Of a stretch of DNA of 64,000 bases, positions 48,063 through 59,949 are shown piece by piece (position 1 is the first letter of the stretch; every line of letters starts with the position of its first letter). Origin of the DNA: an uncultured Nitrososphaeraceae archaeon (GTDB lineage Archaea; Thermoproteota; Nitrososphaeria; Nitrososphaerales; Nitrososphaeraceae); contig CAVXZB010000042.1 of the NCBI GenBank assembly GCA_963765895.1, positions 9,901 through 73,900 on the forward strand. Direction: 5' to 3'. The notes beneath the pieces were generated by a model, which had not been told where the DNA came from, did no database searches, and saw only the letters and a program-made list of their open reading frames with translations. The translations under genes were made by a program, and so were the position numbers.

Positions 48063-48194
48063 TCACATATCGTGTGCCATTTTTTGATGTTCTCCTAACT
48101 TGTCCAAACTATCAAACTTTTGCTTGCAGAGATCGCATTCCAATGGATTCAAGTTAGGATCGTTGTAGTCTAATCCGGGTTCGCCCTGGTCCAT
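48063..48194 (-). CDS. C2H2 zinc-finger microprotein (43 aa)
   Basis: MDQGEPGLDYNDPNLNPLECDLCKQKFDSLDKLGEHQKMAHDM* with C-x2-C-x3-F-x5-L-x2-H-x4-H. Confidence 0.85.
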   Translation of the reverse strand: MDQGEPGLDYNDPNLNPLECDLCKQKFDSLDKLGEHQKMAHDM

Positions 48195-48951
48195 TCATAT
48201 AAATTGTCTTAGATACTATTTAACAATTCCATTATTTATTAACGTCAATAATGATTAAACGGTGCTTCAAATAAGAGCTAATAATTTCTACCTACTCACC
48301 ATTAGTATGGTTGACAATCGGTTTTGATCTCCCATTACTGACTCCATTCTATATGAATACGGCTTATTTGGTTCTTGTTTTCTATTCAGAGATATGAATT
48401 AATCAGTTAAATATGATGGCGCCAGGTGAATTATAGAGCGGAAAGGCTACAAGAAATGACAATGAAGTTGAAGCAAAAGTCCCATCTCGTAAAAAGATAG
48501 AAACTTTATCTATATCGTCAATATCTGCAGCTGCAATTTCAAAGTTTTAGCAGGAATCCACTTTCCAACAATAAAGAGCATTTAAGGAGGATTATGCAAG
48601 GAAAAATATGTCTAAAATTAATTAGTTCTGCAGATTCAAATGAGATTCTTAATATGTTAAATAGGTTCCATATAAATTACAATGATATGGCAGCTGTTCG
48701 ATCGAATAGTAACCTAATATGAAAAGAAATGGATAATTTGTCAAATCAAAATTATTCTTTTTAAGATGGAGATCTGAAAATAAAAGAGCTCGTATTTTTC
48801 AGGCGCGATTATTTACTATATAGAGCAATACCTACCAATTCTAGAAATCAAATTAATTTTAGTTTATTATATTTCAAAGTACTTCAGGTTTATGTATTTA
48901 TTGTTTAGTTAGTTAACTTAAAATTAAAATAATATATTATTTATTCTGGTT

Positions 48952-49201
48952 ATGGAGTCAGTTAACAACATCAATACTTCCAATGTTAATAGGACATTAA
49001 AAGTAGAAATCTATTCAAAAACAGCATTATTAGTACAAATATTGGAAGATCTTGATTTTCCATCAAGTAAAGAAAAGTAGAACTTATACTACAGAAATCT
49101 CCAATGGTAAAGAAAACACGTTGTCTATTCTTTAAAAGATAGATGATAAGACATATGAGTACATTTCCAATATCAGCCGAGCTGCGGGGTTAGTCTACTG
49201 A
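48952..49201 (+). pseudogene. DUF2795-like protein remnant
   Basis: QILEDLDFPSSKEK*...L*KIDDKTY...AAGLVY* with stops and frameshifts. Confidence 0.6.
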
Positions 49202-49591
49202 CAAAAAGATCACACTCTACTAGAAATCAGATATGCGACCATAATGTCACGATATCTATGGAGATTATGATTCCAATAAACGTCTACTGTCAGTAAATAT
49301 ATTGTAACTTCATTGGTACTGGCTATACCGAGACTAGCAATGCTAAGGGGTGAACAAATTTCAAATTAATCCATTCAAAGTCGATATAAAATTAGATAAA
49401 CTATCAACCCTTATAGATTGTTTACTATGGCCAGCTTTACTAATCTAGGTAATTGATATCTACAAATAAAGATAAAATCACGATGAAACTAAGTGTACGC
49501 CAAAATTATGCATATCCAAAAATAAAGGAATTTATTTGAAGCAGATTAAAAGGTTAAGATCCGGTGCTATAAACAATATAGCCCAAAATTA

Positions 49592-50014
49592 TTACTTTCC
49601 ACCTGTCATGAGATTACCTAGACCCTTAAGACCTCCTCCCACTGTTTTGCCAAGGTTTTTCAGAACTCCACTTCCAGCTTTTGAAACACCGCCAGCTACT
49701 TTTGACATATTATCGCTAGTTGCTTGACCTGCCTTTGACATATTACCGCTAGTTGCTTGACCTGCCTTTGACATATTACCGCTAGTTGCTTGACCTGCCT
49801 TTGACATATTACCGCTAGTTGCTTGACCTGCCTTTGACATATTACCGCTAGTTGCTTGACCTGCCTTTGACATATTACCGCTAGTTGCTTGACCTGCCTT
49901 TGACATATTAGCGCTAGCGCCAAGTACCGACGAAGTAGCGCCTGCAGTAGCAACCAAAATGCCCAAGGAGGCGACTATAGTTAGGAGTAACATGTTGGAT
50001 TTGATTTTTGCCAT
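49592..50014 (-). CDS. secreted 11-residue tandem-repeat protein
   Basis: signal-peptide-like MAKIKSNMLLLTIVASLGILVATAGA, then six NMSKAGQATS(G/D) repeats and a Gly/Lys-rich amphipathic tail. Confidence 0.8.
   Translation of the reverse strand: MAKIKSNMLLLTIVASLGILVATAGATSSVLGASANMSKAGQATSGNMSKAGQATSGNMSKAGQATSGNMSKAGQATSGNMSKAGQATSGNMSKAGQATSDNMSKVAGGVSKAGSGVLKNLGKTVGGGLKGLGNLMTGGK
49701..49917. repeat. 33-bp tandem repeat, ~6.6 copies (coding)
   Basis: unit tttgacatattaccgctagttgcttgacctgcc; no spacers. Confidence 0.97.
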
Positions 50015-51215
50015 CCAATATATATAGCACACATCTTGTTTAAGCCTTTCAAGCCTGGATGACATAAATCAGGTAATAATATTTTAAATCATTCAGACCA
50101 ATCTAAGGTTCGATAAATTTAGATATTTTAGTAGATAACTACACTTGTCGTGACATAATATGATATTGGTAAGGTCGAAATGGGGAATCATGAATAAAGT
50201 AATAAAAACAAGTATATAAAGAAAATCGAATCAATGACTAAGTCTCGATTCATAATCCTGGATAGAGAAAACGTCACTATAAACATAGGAAATATGGTGC
50301 TTACCAATAATAATGCCTTATAATTCGAGCTATTATAGAATTTCGGTACAAGTACTTACGTAAGTATTCATAAACAATTTAAACCTCTAATGCTGCTGAC
50401 AAACTGAACTGAAAACACCATAGCCTTCAATTGCTCAAATGCAACAGCAAGCATATCCTATTTGGTGATCTCGTTTTAATTTGATATCGATCGATTGTAG
50501 GCGTCATTGGTAATACCTAAATCTAGAGGTATCCTACTACCTAAAGGGGAAAATGATTCTAAAACTTCTGTCCAACAAGCGTTTCTCTTACAACAAGGAC
50601 TAACTGAAGGAAATCGTCTTGATCATATGTTGTAATATGTCCAAATCTAGGACATGTATTCTATCCTTCATCTCGGTGATTGACTGGGATTGAGACATTG
50701 GAGCAATATATTATAGCAGATCTTAACGCATGGCTTGAAACTCGTACCGAATTTACTAATCCTGCCATCGTGCACATATCTATTATTAGGCAGACTAATT
50801 CTATCGCCAAATAAAATAATTCATAGAACAGTTTGCATATAGACATCTTGACTCTTGGTCCAATCTTTCTTTTATTTAAGCTTGGATGTAATAATATTAT
50901 GTGTTGATTCTGCAAGAAGGCTTTTGACTAAACATCGTATAATGAGATTCCGAAATCTGAAATAAATATATAGTAAGTTAGATAATCTTTCAATCGTAAA
51001 AGTATTCATTTTGTAGGAGTATTATACTGTATAGTGAGCTAGAGAATTAGAGATCCCTCTTGTCCAATTGTAACGATACGATCACTCTGAAAATATCACT
51101 CAACTATTTTAGCTTGGTAGCCTATATTAAATCATATATTCTAAACCTTTACGTATTTTTTTACAGATTCTAATAACCTATATTGGTAAAAAAGGAATCA
51201 CCGCCCCCACAATCA

Positions 51216-51353
51216 CTAATCAAGGGTCCCAATATTTACCTTAACCCTCTTTCCTATCATCGAGGCAGGAAGGATAATATGTGATGACGTACCACATTCT
51301 CTTACAGTATATTCAAATGTCATAGAATCTATTTTTCTATTCTGTTTTGACAT
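51216..51353 (-). CDS. DUF2080/AbrB-like small protein (45 aa)
   Basis: MSKQNRKIDSMTFEYTVRECGTSSHIILPASMIGKRVKVNIGTLD*, matching V...G.S.H(I/V).LP...IGK.V.V. Confidence 0.7.
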   Translation of the reverse strand: MSKQNRKIDSMTFEYTVRECGTSSHIILPASMIGKRVKVNIGTLD

Positions 51354-52501
51354 TGTACTTTCTTCATCCTAAATTAATTCAATCTACTATTCTTGATATT
51401 ATTATTTTAGCATTTTCTTAAAATCTTCGCTGCTACATCGAGTAGGGCAGCGATGTAATATTGACGATCCTTGAGTGGAATCCTATTCTTTGTTTTGTTC
51501 TGGTGAACACTACGCTAGTTCAAACCTCGATATCGATTTGGCATATCTTGACAATATTTTTGAATGTGAGTTCATAAGTATATCCTACCAGCTTTTGCAT
51601 TACCCATTTTGGCAATCATCTGCAAGATTCACATTTGTCTGTTTCATTCAACACTTTTACAAGATAACCAACCCTACTTGATATATCATATAGGTAAACC
51701 TTTGTCCGATTGTCTGTTCATTCATAATAACCCGCTACATCAGTATTAAATACTGATAGACATATAAATATACCGTTCTCGTAGTGCTTGATTCTAATAT
51801 TGTACACATTTCTATAATTGTGAACAAAGACTGGCGAAATAACACGACCAGATATCTTGCAGTTCTTAATCAAATATTCCAAACTCAAAATAATAACAAT
51901 AGGTATCATACAAATTAGATTTGGTACTGGAAATATTGGTAAATACTTGTGTTAGTCAATGATTGAAATCAGATAACCAAATTACGATAATAATCAACAT
52001 CGTTAATGGGTAGATAGAACCAGTTTATTACATAGGTTAAAAATAGAGATAATTGATATGGCAATAGTATGGTAGATAATGATGAACACATTGTTAGATG
52101 TAGTATTTGCAGACGAGGATTAATAGTTAAGGATACTGTTAATGATGGGTTGCTTTCCTAAGCCATTTGGAACTAGATCATAGAATTATGTTACATTTCA
52201 AAGAATGGCCACAGAAGAGAAGCCAGTATTGAGAATTAGGATGAAAACTGTACAAGATTATGAAATACTGCATTAAATTATCGCACAATCATACAAACTG
52301 TGATAATATACAGAAGCATTCTATTCTGTCGATGGATACAGCTAATGCTTTACAGTATTACATCATATGAAGAGGCCAGAAGAAGCAGAGCGCATGCTAT
52401 TTGACTGTCTTGGAAAATAAATATCACATATCAGTCCGATAATCAAGCAAATACACAAATATCAGTTGAATTGGGCCGTACCACATATAACACTTGCAAG
52501 A

Positions 52502-53104
52502 TTATTTCTCTAATCTTGTGCTTATTTCTAGTGCATCTTCGATATTCTTATTAAATTCTAGAGTAGTTTGAGTCGTTTGGCTTTTATACAATCCAGTATT
52601 ACGAACATATACCAGATAATCTGTCATTTCGTTTTCATACAACTTTACATTATCTGCTACCACAACTGCATTTTTTTTAATTAGTTTGTTAGCCTCTAAT
52701 TGTTTGAGATATTGTAGGTATTCGCTTTTAATTGCATCTAAAAACACCAGATCAAATTTGTAGGTATTGAGTGTCGGGATAATCTTAAGCGCATTACCAC
52801 AAATTACTTCTATCCTTTTCGATAATCCTGCCTTATCTATATTTTTTCTTGCGATGTCTGCAAGGTTCTTATTTATTTCAATAGTGATTAGTTTTCCATC
52901 ATCAGGCAGTAAATCTCCCATTACTATTGCAGAATAACCATGCAAGGTTCCGACCTCCAGTATCGAGGTAGGTCCATAATTTCGAATAATGTCAGATACT
53001 ATTTTACCTTTAATAGGCCCAATTGACGGAAGATTTTCTGTTTTTGATATCCGCTCTAATTCCTTTAGAGTGCTCCGCGTCTTTTCGTTTGTATATCTGG
53101 CCAT
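52502..53104 (-). CDS. SAM-dependent O-methyltransferase (caffeoyl-CoA/catechol OMT-like)
   Basis: ILEVGTLHGYS, FDLVFLDA.K..Y and VVADN motifs. Confidence 0.92.
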   Translation of the reverse strand: MARYTNEKTRSTLKELERISKTENLPSIGPIKGKIVSDIIRNYGPTSILEVGTLHGYSAIVMGDLLPDDGKLITIEINKNLADIARKNIDKAGLSKRIEVICGNALKIIPTLNTYKFDLVFLDAIKSEYLQYLKQLEANKLIKKNAVVVADNVKLYENEMTDYLVYVRNTGLYKSQTTQTTLEFNKNIEDALEISTRLEK

Positions 53105-53235
53105 AAATATTGTTAGTGAAGAATTGTCTATGCCATACTTAAAAGATACTATTTCCCAAATCTAATCTATTAATTCAGAAATATATACACACTTATGAAT
53201 CTCTTGCTATATAACTACATGGAGGTCTTGAACAT

Positions 53236-53451
53236 ATGGTTAAAACACTTCGAATCGATAAAGATAACAATGTCATAACTTTAGAAGTTACTGAGAACGA
53301 ACTTCGGAATATAATATCTTCAATAGAGAATATGGTTTACAAACAGAAAAGGGATCTGCTAGGAAATCTTCCCTCTGACGAAGAAGGTAGACGAAAGTTA
53401 GATGCTTATTTGGCATTAAAAGAGGATCTTCGTAAAATCGTAGAGATGTAG
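53236..53451 (+). CDS. hypothetical protein
   Basis: 71-aa ORF with ATG start, divergent from the OMT gene. Confidence 0.7.
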   Translation: MVKTLRIDKDNNVITLEVTENELRNIISSIENMVYKQKRDLLGNLPSDEEGRRKLDAYLALKEDLRKIVEM

Positions 53452-54807
53452 AGTAATTCAATTCCATCGCAAATAATTCTTTATAGAATGTAGAGTAAAT
53501 AGAGAAACTCACTTCTGAATTCCCTATGAATGTAATATGGATGCACTTTCATCGTTTAGTTTTTAATTCCTCCTATTTCATCTAAACTACTTAGCATAGA
53601 ACAAAGTGGAGGGCTATCATTGTTTCAAAATTCTTGAATAAGAATCATCTAACATCAAAACAATTTTATGGTACTATTCATGAAATGAAATGAATCTATA
53701 GAACACAAATTCAAATATTCTTTAGAGACAGCAAAACAGAATTCAAATTCAAATTGTAGAGCAAGGATAATCATACGATCTTAAACTATACTTAAATCCT
53801 TTAATAGTGATTATTAGAAAGACAGTTGCAAAGGTAATAAGATACAATCAATGAAGCAAACAAATTGCTATTGAACCTAATACTGAATAACTAGACCAAG
53901 TTCATGTATCTTAATCTTTATTGTAATAGCATTGTATTCGGATAGCATTGAAATGGAAAAACGTGAATCCACGAATTAGGCAACTGTTATTGAGGATACT
54001 TGCTTGTTACTCTACGATTTTTATTACCTTACAATCTTAGCTAAGATCTGGAGTCATTAAATAGTTATAGTGCATCGTGAAATGACCCTTATCTACATGT
54101 TTCTGAACCCGAGAGTTCTAACAATGAACCTGCCTTGTGAAATCGCAGTAATATGATAAACTCTACAAACCTGCATATCCACCTTTGTATATCATCTATA
54201 TAAACGGCTCTGACTCCTAGATCTTATCCAATATTTGGTAATACTTATGCACTTAGGATATATTATTTTGTTGCATTAGATTGATTTCCTAAACTGGATC
54301 TGTACATGAATTCTTACCATGATAAATTACTCCTATTGTGTAAATACAATTTAATTTCGGATCCATAAATAGATCTCTAAATGAAGAGCATTTAGTTTCA
54401 AATTTATATCAAACATGGCATCGTAAGGTTTAATATAACAAAACCTTGCGAGTGAGTGAGTCCAGTTCAATAGAATTCCAATCCAATAAAAGCCTGTAAT
54501 ATTGAATTGTTTATGAAAGAATTTGGTGCAAGTCCCTTGTCTATTTGAAGGTGTACGCCAATGACTTTTGAAAGAAGATGACTGATTCGTATTCTCTTAT
54601 TTATAATCAACAAAGATACTCTGCGATGGATATGTTTCCTTTCGTAAATGCTTTATATCCTGTGAATTTTTTAAATAAAAAACTCACCCAATTGATATGT
54701 AGAGTTAATCTTTCTTGCTAGATCTCCATTGCGGAAATTTGGCTGTCATTTTTCTCCTTTCACGATTCTTTTGACTCAATCTGACATGGCCAAAATTCGA
54801 CTTGTTA

Positions 54808-55000
54808 GTTAGTCCATCATGTCGGTAATCCCCTGTTTCAACAAGAGTTTTTCAAAATAGCTATCAAATTTATTATTAGTCACAATATCATCAGAGTATA
54901 TTCCAAGTGTAATTACTCGTCCCCTTTTGTAATCAAGTTCATATGTGGCAATTAGAGCCTTAGTTGGAACTTGGCCTAGTGACGCAGATTTTTGTTTAAC
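54808..55000 (-). pseudogene. C-terminal remnant of a larger gene
   Basis: protein-like frame IATYELDYKRGRVITLGIYSDDIVTNNKFDSYFEKLLL...* preceded by in-frame stops. Confidence 0.4.
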
Positions 55001-55937
55001 ACATTTTTGTGATGAATTTAACGATTATATACCATCAGATAATAAACTGTGAACTGCTTCTGGTCCAACAATTGCTAGAATATATATCGAACAGAATTCA
55101 AATCTGTTCTTCTTCTAACTGGATTCTACGAGTATTTATCAATATGTAGGAGATATATGGTTTAGCTAATTTGTTAGAGGAACTAGTGATATGCCTTTGC
55201 CCTAAATAATTATTGCAATTTAACTATTGATCTATTGGCGTAAAGAATTAGGGGGTGTTAGGACAATTATTGTTATGTAATTTCAAAAATCACGAATGTT
55301 ATTGTAATGCGTTACCGTTGTTGTTGTAGCCTCCATCATTTGCATTACAAATTATATTAATGAACTAATAATAATAATAGTCGGATGAACTAAAGTCTCC
55401 TCACTATCATGTAATGCATAAATCATGAGGCATCTAATCATATAATTACAAATAAATTTGGATAATCAGCAATAACGAAATCAACAAAAAAGACAAGAAA
55501 TGAAGAAGTCAGAATAGACTTTTTTCATTGTTGCAAGCGCACTCATGGGTGGCATAGTTATGCCACTCCTCTAACGCTCATCTCAGTCGAAAGTGATTCA
55601 GGACCTCTACAAAATGAATATCCTTAATATCAGCAAGCCATCACGCGGTTTGTGTTATGGATTACTAGTAGGGGCCATAGTTTATCTAGTTTTTGCAATC
55701 TAGGTAGAACAGTTGTGCTGGACCTTGAATATAGAAAGTAGATACGCTATCTAATTGATTTGAAAATAGATTATCTGTATTTTGTGATTTAAGAAAGATC
55801 GGTTAAATTAGACTAAAGCGATCTGCACTATCAACTAACTCATAAATATAGAATGGTAGATTTGTTTTGAGGATCTTGAAGCCTGACTCGAGCAATCATC
55901 AATGAGTAATAAGCAACGTTATCAGTATATTCATGAA

Positions 55938-56659
55938 TTATAATCTCGAATATATTTTCTTAAATTCATCCAGGACATTTTTCTGCCAGCGCATTTTTAG
56001 AACGTCATTCCACTGCCCCGAATATCTCATGGTTACATCTTCTAGATTATCAGAAGAAAATGCTAATACATATCTGTATTTCTTTCCCCAATTTTGTTCA
56101 TAATAACGGGGATGATTGAATGAAATTGGAAATTCTAAAGTTGAATCTACATGTAACCAATTCCCATTTATCAATGACTCATTCCAACAATGATCGAGGA
56201 AATCATGGACTAGTCTACTTTCGATCGACAATGAATTTAGAATGGCACCAAAAAGCATAGACCATTCACTACATCTTCCCACCCTTGCTATTACGATATT
56301 CCGAATTTCGCCATATCTAGGGAATATTTGTTCTAATCCACATTGTTTACATGAATAAATCTCTGTTGCGCGTAATTTCCATGAACTTCCAATTATGACT
56401 GGCTGTCCATTTCGCTATCGCATTTTCTACATTTTAAAAACTTTGGCATCCACATCATAAAGTCAGCCTTAAACCATCGTAATACTGACTTCAAATCTTG
56501 GTCAGAATGATATAATTTCAATATAGAATATGGTATTAATTCTTTAACAAGATTTAGAATGTCTTTGTTGTTATACTGCTCAGATATTCTCTTGTACAAT
56601 ATAAAAGGATAAATAGTATTATATGAATCATGATGAACGAATTTTGGAAATATTCCCAT
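55938..56659 (-). pseudogene. peptide:N-glycanase (Png1/NGLY1-like transglutaminase-fold) homologue, single frameshift near 56398
   Basis: VLRWFK.DFM.W, CRKC, EIYSCKQCG...FPRY, R.GRCSEW, DHCWNE, WLHVDS, YYE.NWGK, YVLAFS and DVT.RY motifs. Confidence 0.85.
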
Positions 56660-56923
56660 AGCATATATTATGCATAATCTAATATAAAACACAACTGTGT
56701 ATGATTGATTAGCCCGCTTTTCAGGGGAGCATAGCTGTAACATATGTTATAGTCTATATCGTAAAAATAAAATTTTTTTTTGGTTACATTGCAGGTATTC
56801 ATAATTCAATCTTGCTCGAAAAATATGAAGATTTAAACTATAGTTGAAGGAAAAAGCAAGTCCTAAGAGACAGAATCATATCTATAATGCTGTTAAATAG
56901 CTTATAGCACATGTAATGTTATC

Positions 56924-57043
56924 ATGAGTAACATCGAGGCATCAGATGAAAATACAAAATCTCCTTCTACGTACGGAGACAAGGCATACGAGGAATACCG
57001 GAAAGAAAGAAAAAAATCAAAAACAAGTTCTGGACAACAGTAA
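56924..57043 (+). CDS. small hydrophilic protein (39 aa)
   Basis: MSNIEASDENTKSPSTYGDKAYEEYRKERKKSKTSSGQQ*. Confidence 0.45.
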   Translation: MSNIEASDENTKSPSTYGDKAYEEYRKERKKSKTSSGQQ

Positions 57044-57065
57044 CAAGATCAGTATTTTTTCGTTG

Positions 57066-57110
57066 TAATTTCCTAATTTCCTAATTTCCTAATTTCCTAA
57101 TTTCCTAATT
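57066..57110. repeat. (taatttcc)5.6 tandem repeat
   Basis: five perfect 8-mers plus a partial copy. Confidence 0.95.
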
Positions 57111-57436
57111 AATTGACTGGTTATTATTATTATTAATACAAGAGATCCTCATTTCTTATCTTATTCTGCCCCCATCTAAGGGCGAGCCTAAATTAGGCAT
57201 TTATTTTAAAAGGAAAATTAGTCTAATGAATGTAGAGATCAATTTTTTTGGACAACAACGGCTTAACTGGGATGCCACGAGCATAGACGATTACTTTTGC
57301 AAGTAATCAAGTTAATCAAAAATTATATAAACACGGCCACATTGTCATTCTATTCCAAGCTCCAGAGGTATTTGCAAATAACAACCGCAAAAGATAATAG
57401 TCTGTGGATTGACGGAGATGGTAGAATATCTCTTTT

Positions 57437-57787
57437 GTGTCAAAGGCGATTGTGTTTGATAGCATAGTTATATTAACAACTGGCATATTTGGAGCATTAT
57501 TCTATGGATCACATTTGGTAAAAAATATACAAACAAATCAACTCATCTCACCTTATACTATAATTTCTCAAGTAAATGACCAAAATTCGCTAGAATTTAA
57601 GATAATTTTTGCCATCGTAATGTTAATAAGCCTTGAAGTCTTAGTTTATGAAGCCATTTTAATATTGTTTAATAGGCTATTTGATTTTATCAATAAATAC
57701 TTATTTTACCGTTGCAAACCTAAACAACTCGTTTTATTATCCATAGATTATATGGCTGGTCATTTTATTATATTATCTATGTTCTAG
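57437..57787 (+). CDS. putative membrane protein
   Basis: 116 aa with two to three hydrophobic segments. Confidence 0.4.
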   Translation: MSKAIVFDSIVILTTGIFGALFYGSHLVKNIQTNQLISPYTIISQVNDQNSLEFKIIFAIVMLISLEVLVYEAILILFNRLFDFINKYLFYRCKPKQLVLLSIDYMAGHFIILSMF

Positions 57788-58044
57788 ATATCTCTTTTGT
57801 AAGTTATCATTGAATCTGGGTTAACAATTAGTTGGAACGCTTATTGGTTGTTTGACATTTATAAATGCCGATAATAAAATGAAAAGCAACGTTTACGTTT
57901 TAGTACTAAGGCATGATAGTTAGAATATAAGCTAAAACCATCATTAAGAATTTAGTGGGATAGCTCCTCAAACAAACTATGCTTATACTCTATAGTGTCA
58001 CTTGATACGTGTTAATAAATATGAATGTAATAAATAGTTAAAAA

Positions 58045-58187
58045 ATGGTAGATTTCAATGCACCTCCAGTTGCGTATTGGTCAGAAAAATAGTTGAACGC
58101 CTTGACTCCATTGACAGTACATTGAAAGAAATTCTTTCTGAAATTAAGAATTCAAAGAAAAATAAAAATTCTGACATCGATCTTTGA
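58045..58187 (+). pseudogene. small coiled-coil protein, frameshift in A5 at 58085
   Basis: MVDFNAPPVAYWSEK then IVERLDSIDSTLKEILSEIK... in the shifted frame. Confidence 0.5.
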
Positions 58188-59321
58188 TTGAAAAGTTGAT
58201 AAGGTGAGGCACGATCTGATAAGAGAAGTGGGAGGGCTCTGGCTAATATTATCATAAATACTGGATGATATATTGGTAGTTGCAATAGACATGACAACTT
58301 TTCATGATGAACGCCATCTATTTTTGTAATTTTAAAGGGAGATATTTTGCATCATAGAGGCATGTACCAAGGTTATTACGTATTGCACCAATCATCTATA
58401 TTGTTCATTTACATGCTATTTTAGCTTATACACCTGCAAGCCATATTGGAATAGGTCTATCTATCCAATTAATTGCCTTTAGCGGCAAATACAAGGTAAC
58501 GATATTAAACAAATTATAAAAATGAAAAATGGCTAATTCGAATTGAGAAAAATGGCACAGATGCTATTAGAGATAGCGCATTTACACCAGCTCACTGGTG
58601 GTTGTACAGTCACTTTATCGCTCTCCCATTAGGATGGGGATTTGTGGCAATGTACGACAGAAGAGTGCCTATTCTAAGAGGACCAAATAACTCAATGAAT
58701 ACGGGCTTGAAGATAACTATCATCGGTTATCTAGAAACCATGTTTACCATGTATAAATGAACTATGAGATTTCTGGTTCGTCGAAGAAATATTTTCAGTT
58801 CGCAACCATTGGTGTTTCAATATGGGACTAGTTCTTGCCTTTATGGGGGGACTAGCCTATGTAGTACGGTATATGCTAGGCTGATAGAATTTGGTACGAG
58901 AATACCTGCAAAGAATACCTACGTAGCTGAAATGTACAAACTATCTCTTGAAGGATACCTATATAGTAGGTCCATACTTTAGACGGAGAATCAAATATAA
59001 AAGTTAGTGGTGCCAATGCTAGTTCAATAGGAGATTCATGTTACACGTCACTGGTCTCCTAATTTCCTGTTTGATTATGAGATTAGATTTCATGATAGAA
59101 CTTTCAAGTGATATAAATTCAGACTTTAATTAGTTATAACAAAGGTAACAAACCCAATAATATGGCAATAATTTGCAGATACTTAGTAGCTATTTAAAAA
59201 CAGTGATCTCGTTACATATAATCTACATTTTATTTTGAATCTTGTCTGCTAATAAAAACTAGGATATTGAGGACGAGTAGTAAGAGCTTATAATATTAGT
59301 CTTTTTTGGAGTACGCGATAG

Positions 59322-59891
59322 TTATCTTTGAACCTCAAATATTAGTATCGTATTGTTATGGATTCGAAAACTAAATGGCATTTCAAATAATTCTTTGAAA
59401 ATCGTTTCCAACATTGCTTTATTATACAAGGCCCAATTTTCACCCAAATCATGTTTCATAACGTACGTATGTTTGTTATTTTCCACAATATGGTTAATAT
59501 CAACAGAACAGTTTTTCATACGTATTTCGAGCCATTTTAAGAAAGTATCTAAATCTATACTCCCTTTCATAAACAAGACCATGTCTTCAATTGCATTCTT
59601 TCCAATCTTGGTTACCAAATCTTGAATTTCGTCTTTGGTCAGTTTTTGAAACATTTGAACTACTATAGGTTTGGCAACTGGTATACTTCCTGCGTACGGC
59701 ATGAACATATCCCACTCCGTAAACTCTCTTAGGATTTGGTTAAGAAATGAATTTAGGCTGGCGTCATGACGAGATGCCTCTGCGCGAATCTTGTCCAAAA
59801 CAACCTTGTCAATGCGAAAAGTTACAGTAGCAGTTTCCTTACTTTTGTTGTAATTTATTCCAGAATCTGAGATAGAATTAGTCGTTAGCAT
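59322..59891 (-). CDS. ribbon-helix-helix (CopG-like) N-terminal domain protein
   Basis: TVTFRID...LDKIRAEA......SLNSFLNQIL RHH pattern followed by a ~120-aa C-terminal domain. Confidence 0.75.
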   Translation of the reverse strand: MLTTNSISDSGINYNKSKETATVTFRIDKVVLDKIRAEASRHDASLNSFLNQILREFTEWDMFMPYAGSIPVAKPIVVQMFQKLTKDEIQDLVTKIGKNAIEDMVLFMKGSIDLDTFLKWLEIRMKNCSVDINHIVENNKHTYVMKHDLGENWALYNKAMLETIFKELFEMPFSFRIHNNTILIFEVQR

Positions 59892-59949
59892 TGAGTGGTA
59901 CCCGTAATATTTCGGTGTTTAACATAGTATTTAATGGATATACACAACA

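Noticed and set aside
49701-49917. 33-bp repeats as a CRISPR array
   Set aside because: Units are contiguous with no unique spacers, the length is a multiple of 3 within a signal-peptide ORF, and no cas genes are present
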